Assembly: GCA_002269645.1 (NCBI GenBank) | Contig: NIVC01003082.1 | Span: 56,815 to 120,814 of the forward strand | Direction of reading: 5' to 3' | Source: Macrostomum lignano | Taxonomy: Eukaryota | DNA length: 64,000 bases | Shown here: piece after piece, positions 11,753 through 23,964 of the stretch | Numbering within the stretch: position 1 is the stretch's first letter | Layout of the letters: each line of letters opens with the position of its first letter | The notes under the pieces: generated by a model | Databases searched by the model: none | Seen by the model: the letters and a program-made list of their open reading frames with translations, nothing else | What the model was told of the DNA's origin: nothing | Program-made: the position numbers and the translations under genes

Positions 11753-12854
11753 AAACTTTCAAGATAAAAATATGACCTTTTGGATTACAGAGTATGACCT
11801 TTACATTAGAGCCACAGGCCTTAATGTAAAGAGGTGGGGGGTGTTGGTAGCTTGGGCGTTCATAGCAGCTTATGAAGGCTTTAATTCTGTATGCGCACAT
11901 GAGCACACTTTTAGACCAGCCTACAGGTAGGGTTGTTCGGGATGTCCATTTTTCGGGGTTTAGGGGTTAATTCCGATTCCGAACATCATTCGAGAACCCC
12001 TAAACCCGTCTCGCTTCCAAACCCGAACTCATGCAGCAAACCCGAAAATGCAGACATAACACGAGCTTACTTAACTGGGTCAGGGGATCAGGAAACAAGC
12101 TTATTAAAAATCTTCGTGTGCACACATCTGTTAGGTGTAATAACGTTATAAAGTGCCGCACGGCATAGCAAATTAGCCTCTAGTTTAGCTCATTGGGCTT
12201 GTTGGTCATTTTTAAGCAGCACATTTAATCAAGTTAAGTTAATTTCTATGAAAATTTAGAAAAGTTTGTACAGTCACGAAAACCCCGAAAATCCCGGTCC
12301 AAAATCCCCACACCGAACCACGAACACCGCCAGCTACGAGACACCGCACTGCTTTGCCGTTCGTTAGCTAATCGACATTCTGACAGATCATAAATGGCTT
12401 TTAACGTTTAAAATTTTAGTCGTGGAAGTTTTCTAGCTCATCGCTATATTGTCTCACGAATGAATCAACCTATCTGGCTTCTCCATGAGTCGGTAAACAG
12501 TGAGTTCAAAGTTCTTAGCTAGCTACCCTGGCGAAAAGTTACAGAAAGCTTTTAACAGGCTTTTAAAATTTCATCGATCTAGTCAGTGTAGACTTTGAAC
12601 TGCCTATCCATCTCCCACTGCTAGCAGTTCAATGGGAGAAATGTGGTGGAACTGAGAACCTTACCAAAAGCAAGTATTTACAGTAAGACAGCTAATGGAC
12701 GACACTGCATCCAAAATCGTCAATAAAGCGAGCGAAAGGCAAGCAAATATGGATTTCTGCGGCCAGTCTCACTTAGACATTGATGGATCGCAATGGCTGG
12801 AATTGTCTAGCTGTCGAAAACTAGAAAAACGTTCGCAATCTAACAGGGTACATG

Positions 12855-13740
12855 CTGCTATGGGTGCTGTGCTATGACCCCACATGCTAGGGTAGCTACT
12901 ATGGGTGCTAGGGTAGCTACTATGGGTGCTAGGGGAGCTACTATGGGTACTATGGGAGCTACTATGGGTGCTAGGGTAGCTACTATGGGTGCTAGGGTAG
13001 CTACTATGGGTGCTGGGGTAGCTACTATGGGTGCTGGGGTAGCTACTATGGGTACTAGGGGAGCTACTATGGGTGCTGGGGTAGCTACTATGGGTACTAG
13101 GGGAGCTACTATGGGTGCTAGGGGAGCTACTATGGGTGCTAGGGGAGCTACTATGGGTGCTAGGGGAGCTACTATGGGTGCTGGGGTAGCTACTATGGGT
13201 ACTAGGGGAGCTACTATGGGTGCTAGGGGAGCTACTATGGGTGCTAGGGGAGCTACTATGGGTGCTAGGGGAGCTACTATGGGTGCTAGGGGAGCTACTA
13301 TGGGTGCTAGGGGAGCTACTATGGGTGCTAGGGGAGCTATACTATAGTGTTAGGGGAGCTACTATGGGTGCTAGGGGAGCTATACTATAGTGTTAGGGGA
13401 GCTACTATGGGTGCTAGGGGAGCTATACTATAGTGTTAGGGGAGCTACTATGGGTGCTAGGGGAGCTATACTATAGTGTTAGGGGAGCTACTATGGGTGC
13501 TAGGGGAGCTATACTATAGTGTTAGGGGAGCTACTATGGGTACTAGGGGAGCTACTATGGGTGCTGGGGTAGCTACTATGGGTACTAGGGGAGCTACTAT
13601 GGGTGCTAGGGGAGCTACTATGGGTGCTAGGGGAGCTACTATGGGTGCTAGGGGAGCTACTATGGGTGCTAGGGGAGCTACTATGGGTGCTAGGGGAGCT
13701 ACTATGGGTGCTAGGGGAGCTACTATGGGTGCTAGGGGAC
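12855..13740. repeat. Minisatellite, 21-bp unit ggggagctactatgggtgcta with longer variant units
   Basis: Visible tandem copies. Confidence 0.95.
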
Positions 13741-14315
13741 CTACTGAAGGACAACAGCAGATGAATTGAGAAAAAGTCACTCGTCTACAGCCGCCATGGT
13801 TATCACTATACAAAGCGTCATACCGGAACCAGCAGATACCTCGTACAATGCAAACAGGACACGTGTTTCTGGTGAAGGTCTCAAACCTGATTCTATAGCA
13901 ACAGGACCAATATTGAGTTAACTGGTTTGGGAAAACATTTTTCATTAGAATGAAATCACAGGAGTAAATTTAGTAACAGGAGCTCAATAAAGCTAAAATT
14001 AGGGTCATAAACTTCTCAAACTTAATTCAACACTATACGCTACACGCTAGGACGGTTTAGACTTGCAAAATGTGTTTAAATATATGTGTGGCGTATAAAA
14101 TTTTTTCCTTACGATAAATTCTCAGCCGATTTTCCATTGTGACCTGGCACACGGATAATTTTCCAATTTTCGAGGTCGTATGCGCTCGTTTTTTCAGTTT
14201 TATCGAGTAATAAGAGCGTTTCAATAATTTGCAAGCCACTGTGACGAAAACACAGACAGTATATGCAAAGTTCTTCTCAGATATTGTTTCATAGAATTTC
14301 ATTCCTTAACTATTG

Positions 14316-14500
14316 TCAGTACTTCTTGACGAACTTGGCCCAGCTCGGGTCGGTCTCGATGGCGTCGCCGACGCTCGAGTCAGCGAAGTCCAGCATGCGG
14401 CAGGCGCCGCTGGCCCGGTTGAACAGGACGGCCCGGCACTCCCAGCGCTGCACGCAGAGCCACAGGCAGTGAAACTCCGAGCTCACCGAGGCGTCAGTGT
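14316..14500 (-). pseudogene. 5'-truncated CTLD-PAN fragment (PAN domain to stop only)
   Basis: 185 bp near-identical to the 3' end of the intact copies (TDASVSSEFHC...FVKKY*). Homology stops abruptly at 14500 against unrelated sequence. Confidence 0.8.
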
Positions 14501-14996
14501 GACGCTTCAGGGTGGCACAATATAGTGGCGCCAAAATGAGTGCCTGCGGCGCCAAAAAGAGTGCTGACAACACCGATTCTGAAAATAATGTACATGTAGA
14601 ATTCTTGGCTTTGCGGCCCCCACCATAAAATCCATGGCGACGTCCCTGAATTGGCATGCAAAACTTTTGGGCCGTGTTGGCAGCGTGAAATAGGGGGAAG
14701 GGTTAGCTGTAGGCGAGTATACACACCCGTCATAGGATAACGCGCTGCTGAATGGAGCTGGGACGGGCTTGCTACAAAAGAATCGGCCAAACAGATGACT
14801 TTTTAGACCCTGTCTACTCTGGATTAGCATATAATTTTTTTAAACACAATCTCTTAGAAACATTAGAGTCAGTTCCTCTGTGGCACCTTAGCGTTCGTGT
14901 ACGCCTAATTGAAACAGCTCTGTACGAGTCCCATTGGGTCATTGGGCACGACTGCGTTTCCAGTCTTATAAGTCAATCGGTGGGTATAATGAGCGT

Positions 14997-15262
14997 AATT
15001 CTAACATTTCCAACAGAAATTCTAACATTTCCAACAGAAATTCCAACATTTCCAACAGAAATTCCAACATTTCCAACAGAAATTCCAACATTTCCAACAG
15101 AAATTCCAACATTTCCAACAGAAATTCCAACATTTCCAACAGAAATTCCAACATTTCCAACAGAAATTCCAACATTTCCAACAGAAATTCCAACATTTCC
15201 AACAGAAATTCCAACATTTCCAACAGAAATTCCAACATTTCCAACAGAAATTCCAGCAGAAA
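14997..15262. repeat. Minisatellite, 21-bp unit ttccaacagaaattccaacat
   Basis: About 12 near-perfect copies. Confidence 0.95.
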
Positions 15263-15689
15263 TTAATTAACTGCGACCACGATACAATCGAGTCAGTTTT
15301 GCGCTTAAAAATGGCTATTATTCATGTACTATAATAGTTGCAATGTAGTGACTGACGCAAAGGCCGTGTGTAAGACAGCTATAGTACACACGAAATTTGC
15401 GTTTACGAGGCCCAGTATATAAAGTACAAGTTCAGGTTACAAATGCAAAGCAAGCAAGACTTTAACCAAGCCAAGCCTAGCGGTTAAGTGTGGATTTATC
15501 TTTTGGAGAATGTTTTAGACAATACCGGGCTGTACTTTGGTAAGCTTGGTCGCATTCCTGATTTAAAAATTTTTCGTAAAGGTTTTCTTATAATATGATT
15601 TCTCAAGGGCGTATCATTGAATTATTGGATCTTTGATTGAAGAAGGGCTTGGCCTAATTTGGGAAGAGTCAATTCATCTGCGCGGACAT

Positions 15690-16300
15690 CAGGGGCTTGA
15701 GCACCAGGGGCTTTAGCACCAGGGGCTTTAGCACCAGGGGCATGAGCACCAGGGGCTTTAGCACCAGGGGCTTTAGCACCAGGGGCTTTAGCACCAGGGG
15801 CTTTAGCACCAGGGGCTTTAGCACCAGGATCTTTAGCACCAGGGGCTTTAGCACCAGGGGCTTGAGCACCAGGGGCTTGAGCACCAGGGGCTTTAGCACC
15901 AGAGGCTTTAGCACCAGGGGCTTTAGCACCAGGGGCTTTAGCACCAGGGGCTTTAGCACCAGGGGCTTTAGCACCAGGGGCTTTAGCACCAGGGGCTTTA
16001 GCACCAGGGGCTTTAGCACCAGGGGCTTTAGCACCAGGGGCTTTAGCAACAGGGGCTTTAGCACCAGGGGCTTTAGCAACAGGGGCTTTAGCAACAGGGG
16101 CTTTAGCACCAGGGGCTTTAGCACCAGAGGCTTTAGCACCAGAGGCTTTAGCACCAGGGGCTTTAGCACCAGGGGCTTTAGCACCAGAGGCTTTAGCACC
16201 AGGGGCTTTAGCACCAGGGGCTTTAGCACCAGAGGCTTAGCACCAGGGGCTTTAGCACCAGAGGCTTTGGCACCAGGGGCTTGAGCACCAGCAGGGGCTT
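15690..16300. repeat. Minisatellite, 15-bp unit agcaccaggggcttt
   Basis: About 40 copies. Confidence 0.95.
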
Positions 16301-16931
16301 CAGCACTGGGGGCGCTAGAAGGGCTCTGGCCGCGCCCCTGCCTGCTTTACTCAGGAAATTTTGTGAAACGCTATAGTATAGGACTATCAAAAAGTGCATC
16401 CTGCGTGCATCAGCATTAATTAATCCATTTTGTAGAATTTTGTAGAATATAGATACTAAGTAAAACCTTGAAAACTATTTTCAAGTTAAAATTGATATGG
16501 ACTCCAGCTCCTTTCAAGACTTCAATAATAGTACCCACCTAGAGTTTCGACTGCAGACAAGAGACCGTTCAGGGAGCGAAGTTCAGTAATGTCGGAAATC
16601 GAAGTAGAAGCGTTCGACTACCTGCTTGCGTTTTCAGTAACAGCAACATTTTTTTTCAGAATGCCAAGGCATCCCCAGAGCAACTTTTGGTTCGAATACA
16701 GTTTTTAAAAAGGTACATGATCTTCAATAAAGCTCATGTCTCTCGGCCATATCATAATTAGCTCGGTTATCATAATTTATTCAAAATAAAAGTTACAATA
16801 TTAAAATTTTGTTTCGAAGTCATTCTACTGTCGGTTACTATGGCTACTTTCCCGTACAACAAGGCTTAACTGGTGGACGCGTGCCTCTTCGATGGTGCAG
16901 CGGAGGCCGAGAACCTGCGTCACTGTGCCAC

Positions 16932-17085
16932 GTTCACTGCCTGTGGCTCTGCGTGCAGCGCTGGGAGTGCCAGGCCGTTCTGTTTAACTGGGCCAGCGGC
17001 GCCTGCCGCATGCTGGACTTCGCTGACTCGAGCGTCGGCGACGCCATCGAGACCGACCCGAGCTGCATGGGCCAAGTTCGTCAAA
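16932..17085 (+). pseudogene. PAN-only CTLD-PAN fragment with a 4-bp insertion
   Basis: ttcactgcctgtggctctg...gacccgagct[gcat]gggccaagttcgtcaa; upstream sequence unrelated; frameshift before WAKFVK. Confidence 0.78.
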
Positions 17086-18368
17086 GGGCGTGCTGCTGAC
17101 TAGCTTGTAGCTTCAATAAGCATCGAGGCCTTTGAAGACCCGATGACGAAAAACAGTGATAGGTTATCCTACGAGTATATGCTTTGACGGCTTTTTATCT
17201 GGCAATAGGGTGGAAAATAGACTGGACAAAAATACGAAAATAACCTAAACTTAAATAACTTTTATTCAGCTTTTAATCCCCGTGCGATCATCATGGAGCT
17301 AAAACTACAAGTGGGAGTGACTAGCGCGTATGACATTCGTGTGTCATTCATTGTCTTGATGTTCGATTGTGCGCATGCACGGCTGCATCAATTTGTGTCT
17401 GTGCATGAAAATTGACCTACATGTACTCGTAGTATAGGGCTTGTCCTGCTACACCATCGAAACTGATCGGACCAACAGCCAAAGCACAGAGTATGTACCT
17501 CGATTGCCGATGCAAAAACTTGGATGTGTGCGCGAGCGTCATCCATTGTACACTAAGTTTTTTCGGGTTGGTGAATGTGCCTTTTATATAGGGACCTGAT
17601 ATATAGGGACCCGACGAAAGCATGACATTGTATCTTTGATTTTTCGTTCATCGGACCGAGCTCAAAAGTCATATTACTTTACTGATTTAAGTAGTATTCC
17701 TGGAAAGTAACTATGCTCAAAGTAATGTTTTCAGCCTTTATATTCGTTTTTGGTCAATATTGATTATCATTTCTATTACTGTTACTGTTTCATTATCGCC
17801 GACCCTAACCTAAACAAAATCTAACCTACAGCCTAAGCCTAAGCCTACTCCAAATACTCAGAAGTAAAAATGGGGTCAGTCAAATGGCGGTCTCCAGCCA
17901 AGATTATTCGGCGATCTGGAACAAGCCCATGCGCTTCTGACGCAAGCATGCTGAGCGCCCCATGGAAATGATTGACAGCTCATGACAGTGTTCCCAACGG
18001 ACACCCAGGGACTGGCCGGATTTGCCCAAATGCATTCACAAACTGCCATACGGAAGTTAGCTACTGTCTCCATGGATACAGAAAACACGGGAGTTAAACA
18101 GCTACAGCAGATAATTCTAGTCTAATATCTGGTCAGTTAAAACTATAGGGTAATGGTTAGGCATTGATGCTTTTTTACTGAGTTTTCCCGCACAATTCAC
18201 CAGTTTTTAATAACCAAATAGGTTCATGGCCAATGAAGACAGCTGCTTGCATCTGAAATAGCCTTAATGGCTGATTGGATGAAAATGCATTGATATCTAG
18301 ACGACTATATTAGGTTTCTCTTACACGCAGAGCTGCATAAAGCCGCAGAGTCAAGCTAGGCTGAGTCA

Positions 18369-19073
18369 ATGGCAGCTGCAGCAATGATTCAGCCGGCTCT
18401 GGTCGCAGTGCTGATTGCCACCGCCTCCGGTCACTGCGTCGCCCCCTTCATCGACAGGCTGGGCAGCTGCGTCTTCATCGGCGACAACCCCAGCGTTTCC
18501 AGCTGGTGCGACGCAGCCAGATTGTGCCTGGGCATCGGCGGAGAGCTGCTGATGGACCTGACTGCCATCCGAGCTGTCAATCACTGGAATGATACTTATT
18601 TCATCGGAGTGACGGACCTCCTGGTTGAGGCGGGCACGTCTCGCAGCGGTTGGAGATTCGCCAACGGCTCGCTGTTTCCGACTTTGGATGACGGCGACTG
18701 GATGTCTGGTTTGCCAAACTGTAAAAGTCCAGATGATGACGTTGTAGTCGTCAGCAATGGCGGATTAAAAGACAAACCGGTGAACAAAAATAAGAAATTC
18801 ATTTGCCAGCCGATCGCGACGCCGAACAGCCAGTTCCTGAAGCGAGCGGAGTTCCTGAGGCTGGGCAACATCAGTCCTGTCTACTGCTACACTGACGCCT
18901 CGGTGAGCTCGGAGTTTCACTGTCTGTGGCTCTGCGTGCAGCGCTGGGAGTGCCGGGCCGTCCTGTTCAACCGGGCCAGCGGCGCATGCCGCATGCTGGA
19001 CTTCGCTGACTCGAGCGTCGGCGACGCCATCGAGACCGACCCGAGCTGGGCCAAGTTTGTCAAGAAGTACTGA
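18369..19073 (+). CDS. CTLD + PAN/Apple protein, copy 4 (234 aa; may start at the second Met)
   Basis: Intact ORF; signal peptide shared with copy 3; most divergent variable loop. Confidence 0.85.
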   Translation: MAAAAMIQPALVAVLIATASGHCVAPFIDRLGSCVFIGDNPSVSSWCDAARLCLGIGGELLMDLTAIRAVNHWNDTYFIGVTDLLVEAGTSRSGWRFANGSLFPTLDDGDWMSGLPNCKSPDDDVVVVSNGGLKDKPVNKNKKFICQPIATPNSQFLKRAEFLRLGNISPVYCYTDASVSSEFHCLWLCVQRWECRAVLFNRASGACRMLDFADSSVGDAIETDPSWAKFVKKY

Positions 19074-19649
19074 AGAAATAAATCCTGGAACACAAAGTAC
19101 TTCTGTTTCCCTTCCGCACACTGTTCGTTTAGTAAAGGCAAAAGCTACAATATTTTCCTAGTCGTCTTTATTCAGTTCAGAGTAAGTCTTTTAGTCTAAA
19201 AAAATGTCGAGTTCTTTTAGTTTTGCTAGGGGTTGTGATCTTGGCTATTGTTTTTCAAGGCTCCGACGCTTTTCAAGTTAAATACAGAAAATTCAACGCA
19301 TTGCAACTCCGGATTTGATCTTTTTTCTTTGATATTATTTGAGACGATATAATTTTTAGCCGCTTTAGGCAAGTAGGACCGTATTGTGTGAACACAACAG
19401 AAGTGTTTTCGGTGCCTCAATTAGCCAAAAATGGCACCAAAATCTGCAGCAAATGAGCGAATGAGAATGGCTGAATTCTGTCTGAAGTCAAGTAAGTCGA
19501 GTAAGTGGGAATGAAGCACCGCTTTTGTTGCTCTGTTCTAGAGAAAGGAAGCTTCAGGGAGAAGCTGTGCTGATTGCTGTTAGAGGGGGACCATATAGCG
19601 TGACTGTGGAGCGAAAGGAGGGAGGATCGCTGCTGAAGTTCGCTGGAGC

Positions 19650-20010
19650 CTAATTGAACCCGCAGAAGTCTATATGGACAACAGCAAGTCCACTCAACAT
19701 TTCTGCGAGTCCTAAGGCTATATGAAACCTTGAGTCACTAATGATCCTGGCAGCCGTCTGCTCAACACCATCCAATAAAGTAGGATGGGACTCACTGGCA
19801 GATCCCCATACACTGGAACAGTACTCAAGGAGTGGTCTAAGGTAGTCACTGCGTTAAGGGAGTAAGATCATTCTCTAGATGATCTAGACAGCAAGACAGC
19901 CGAGCAAGAAGCTGCTTTTCTACGAGCTAATTTGGGTTTTTAGGTGCTCAGACAATGTAAGTCCATTATCATGCAATTAATAGATAGTGCGCCAGGAATT
20001 TGAATATCGA
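19650..20010 (-). mobile_element. Degenerate non-LTR retrotransposon (L2/CR1/Jockey-like) RT C-terminal fragment
   Basis: Minus strand near 19845-19730 reads LRPLLEYCSSVWGSASESHPTLLDGVEQTAARII, matching the RPxLEYxSxVW...LDxVQxxAARI motif downstream of LINE RT domains; stops nearby; boundaries approximate. Confidence 0.65.
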
Positions 20011-20469
20011 CTAGAAGAACAACTAATATAAAAAGCTGGACACATCGTCCAATACTGAAATCACAGAATACTATTCTAACTCTATAGTATTCTGTGACTA
20101 AAATCTTATATATTTAACCAAATGTAAAAAACCTACCACACATGCAGTCATGACAACAGTAGCTATTTACTCTATTTGTCTTGCTTGCTGTTTTCCTTTG
20201 TTCAACAACAGAACTCGCTTCTTGCATAGCCATCAAAGTCGAACTCGCCTTCACAGATCTGCTACCAGGCCTAAAAGCCTTTCGCAGGCTTTGAGAAGAA
20301 ACCTTTTTAGTGAATAGAAGTGCGAATTGACTGAGACTTAGTCAGCAGTGGCAACCGAAATATATCAGGCCCAGCACTAACCGAGATGCAGGCAATTCGT
20401 TGTCCTAGGTTCGATAACTCGCGTCTACCTTGGAAACTACACAATCACTACTGTGTCCGGACATTTGGA

Positions 20470-20698
20470 TACAGAATATTGGAATGATCATAGTTGAGGC
20501 GAATAAGTCTTGCAGCGGCTGTGGATTTGCCAACGGCTTGCTGTGAATGGCAGCGACTAGATGTCTGGCTTGCCGAAGACTTTTTAAAGACTTTTTAGCG
20601 GTCAGCTTTAAAGGGTTGCGAGACAGACCCGGGAAACATGACAAGAAATTCATGCTTAACCTGCTCAACCGGGCCAGCGGCGCCTGCCGCATGCTGAA
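20470..20698 (+). pseudogene. Degenerate, internally deleted CTLD-PAN copy retaining the variable-loop region
   Basis: Homology to ...VEAG.SRSG.RFANG...DW.SGLP...GLRDRPGKHDKKF, joined directly to LNRASGACRML; multiple indels and stops. Confidence 0.75.
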
Positions 20699-22544
20699 TA
20701 TGCATTCGAAACTCGATCGGTTTATTTAGCCGATGGCTGGACACCTTGATGCGTTTATTTTTTCGCTATATGATTATAAGAGTTAGAAATCTGAAACATT
20801 ACACTAAGCCAGAAAATAAGTAGAGAATTATGAATTGCCCAGGCGCAGTAAAGGGCGAGGCAGAAAAGCACAATGGAACCCCTAGATAGCTATTAGAAGG
20901 GCAAGCAGAAGCAGCATTAAGATAATTAATCAACTGTCAAATTAGATATGAATGACCGAATCTAATATAGCTTCGCTCCATTCCAGTGAGTAGCAACACC
21001 CCGCCGCAGCCACAGTGGCGCTTAAACCCGCCGGGAGAAGCAAACCGAGGAGAGGCCCGACTTAAACAGCAATAACGTCAAAGAGATCAATCGGCCCGTG
21101 GCACGCGTCAGAACCTGGCGAACTTAGGAGGAGAATCGCACGGCCCGCCCACGGACTTTTATCAAACCCGAAGCTGCCCAAGAAGGCGAGATCAACCCCA
21201 AGAAGCTTGACAACCAAGAGAGAGAGAGGACTGTATAATCATCCATGGACAGAGTTAAGAGAAGGAAAACGAAGCTCTTTTTCCATAATCTTTCTATCTC
21301 AAAATTTATCCAACTCAACGCATAGATGCAAAACCCCGAATAATCTCTAACCGGACTAACCCTCACACTTAGCAACCTACTAACTAACTACTAACTAACT
21401 AAATTCGTGTACAACTAAGGGGGCTGAGCCCCAGATTTTTATTGCTTAAAACCCCCCGCCGTAGTTAACCACGCGAAAACACCCCACCGGCGGCGGGAAA
21501 GGTAAAAAACGCCAACCTGTATTAAAATAGACGCCCATCTCAAACTGGAGCGGCGGCCTCGAGCTCCCTCCTGCGCGATTTCAGATCTCAACTCGCTCTA
21601 TTTGTATTGGTCTCTGGATTATCCAGTTGGCTCAAATCTAAGTCTTAAACCAAGTCATTTGTCTTAAACGTTACGCAGAGCGAAATATTTGTGTGATCAA
21701 GTTCAACCTAGATACTAGGAGATCCCGTCAGTTTATACGGTTTCCTCTGACTGCAGGATAGAAGAATTCAAGAGCTGTAAGAACATTAGACCGCTAGACC
21801 CACATCATAGAAAGTGAGAACACAAACAATAAGGCACCAGAGGAAAACGCATATAATGATTGTAGCCACTGCTTATGCTAAGAAACCACCGCCGTATATT
21901 GAAACGTTATGATATACACTAGTGGAGCTTAAATGCATGAGAACTCAACAAATAGGAATGATGCGCGGCCCACATAATTAATTTGGGGCTTGTGTGCACC
22001 AAGACTTGACCGGGGGTTGTCGTGATATTCACAGCGATGTTGGTCAACCCTCAAGGCACACAGAGTGTACATGCCTCAGCGCTGGTTCAGGGACAATGTC
22101 GCCGAAGACATAGCAACTGATGTTTACTACCCACTAACACGCATGAGGGCAGCGTGCTATTTCCATTGTCTGCTTCAGGCTCAGAAAGCGTCAATCAAAT
22201 TTCCTACTTAATCGGAGAAGCTATTTCTGCCCCATCTAAAAGCAACCCATGAAAAAATAGGGCTAAGAATTAACAGGAAAAAATAGACAAAGCCTATAAT
22301 TATTACGAGCAAAAACTTGTCTAAAAAGCATTCGCATATAGTTAAAAGCAATATACCCGCTTTCATAAATTTCTGCAGCTGCAAAGCGACAAAAACACAG
22401 TACAAAATAGCACTCAAAACTAGCAGTGCATTATAAGTTAAACTGCAGCTACAATATAATTTACACCGAGTCAGGTGACTGAAAAGGCAAAAAAGCCAAT
22501 ACGGTACTCGTAAATAAGCACCTTCACAGAGCTATTGATTAGGG

Positions 22545-23445
22545 GTGATTGTCAGAGAGGATCAGGGACGATCCTAGGACAGGATTAGAACCAAGTCTAG
22601 GAAAGGATTAGGGATGATTCTACGAGAGGATTAGGGATGATTCTAGGAGAGGATTAGGGATGATTCTAAGAGAGGATTAGGGATGATTCTAGGAGAGGAT
22701 TAGGGATGATTCTAAGAGAGGATTAGGGATGATTCTAGGAGAGGATTAGGGATGATTCTAAGAGAGGATTAGGGATGATTCTAAGAGAGGATTAGGGATG
22801 ATTCTAAGAGAGGATTACGGGCGATTCTAGGAGAGGATTAGGGATGATTCTAAGAGAGGATTAGGGATGATTCTAAGAGAGGATTACGGGCGATTCTAGG
22901 AGAGGATTAGGGATGATTCTAAGAGAGGATTAGGGATGATTCTAGGAGAGGATTAGGGATGATTCTAAGAGAGGATTAGGGATAATTCTAAGAGAGGATT
23001 AGGAATGGTTCTAAGAGAGGATTAGGGATAATTCTAAGAGAGGATTAGGGATGATTCTAAGAGAGCATTAGGGATGATTCTAAGAGAGGATTAGGGATAA
23101 TTCTAAGAGAGGATTAGGAATGGTTCTAAGAGAGGAATAGGGATAATTCTAAGAGAGGATTAGGGATGATTCTAAGAGAGGATTAGGGATAATTCTAAGA
23201 GAGGATTAGGGATGATTCTAAGAGAGGATTAGGGATAATTCTAAGAGAGGATTAGGGATGATTCTAAGAGAGGATTAGGGATGATTCTAAGAGAGGATTA
23301 GGGATGATTCTAAGAGAGGATTAGAGATGATTCTAGGACAGGATTAGGGATAATTCTAAGAGAGGATTAGGAATGGTTCTAAGAGAGGATTAGGAATGAT
23401 TCTGGGAGAGGATTAGGAATGATTCTGGGAGAGGATTAGAAGTAT
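22545..23445. repeat. Minisatellite, 23-bp unit ggattagggatgattctaagaga
   Basis: Visible; contains TTAGGG. Confidence 0.95.
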
Positions 23446-23964
23446 TAGGGGCGAAACGAGTATAAACGTCATAACAAAAATTGAATGAACCAAAACTAGT
23501 TCTGATTTTTTTGAAGATTATGAAGTAAAAACTTCAAAGAGGATATGCTGCTATACTGACTGTACAGCTGCATGGTTTCAAAAAATGTTTATAATTACAT
23601 TTAATTGACTCATATTCGACTATTTACACAATCAAATTGACCACAGAATAATTTATTATCAACAAAAAAATAAAACAAAAAAATTACAGATATGACATAA
23701 GAATTTGCTGCAAACAACTTTAGACCATTAAACTTACGATACGCAAATTAGAATTATGCAAACGAGTGCATCTACTTATATACAAGTAGTATCTGTCTAT
23801 CCTGTTTAGCCTAATCTAAAAATAATATAAATTGGTAAATTCATGTGGGCTGCAATCAGTAGATGTTTGTCGATTCTAAGAGCTATTACGGCTTGGTAAA
23901 ATTCATTACCAGTTGGTAGTCTCTTAACAATACGAAGAGTGTACTTTGAGTAGATTAAAGTCGC

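Noticed and set aside
11930-12350. Possible MITE with ttttcgggg / ccccgaaaa ends
   Set aside because: The inverted match is too short to support.
16873-17103. 76-aa alternative-frame ORF that re-enters WAKFVK after the 4-bp insertion
   Set aside because: GTG start immediately after a stop, no signal peptide, PAN cysteines out of frame; best explained as chance in a pseudogene.
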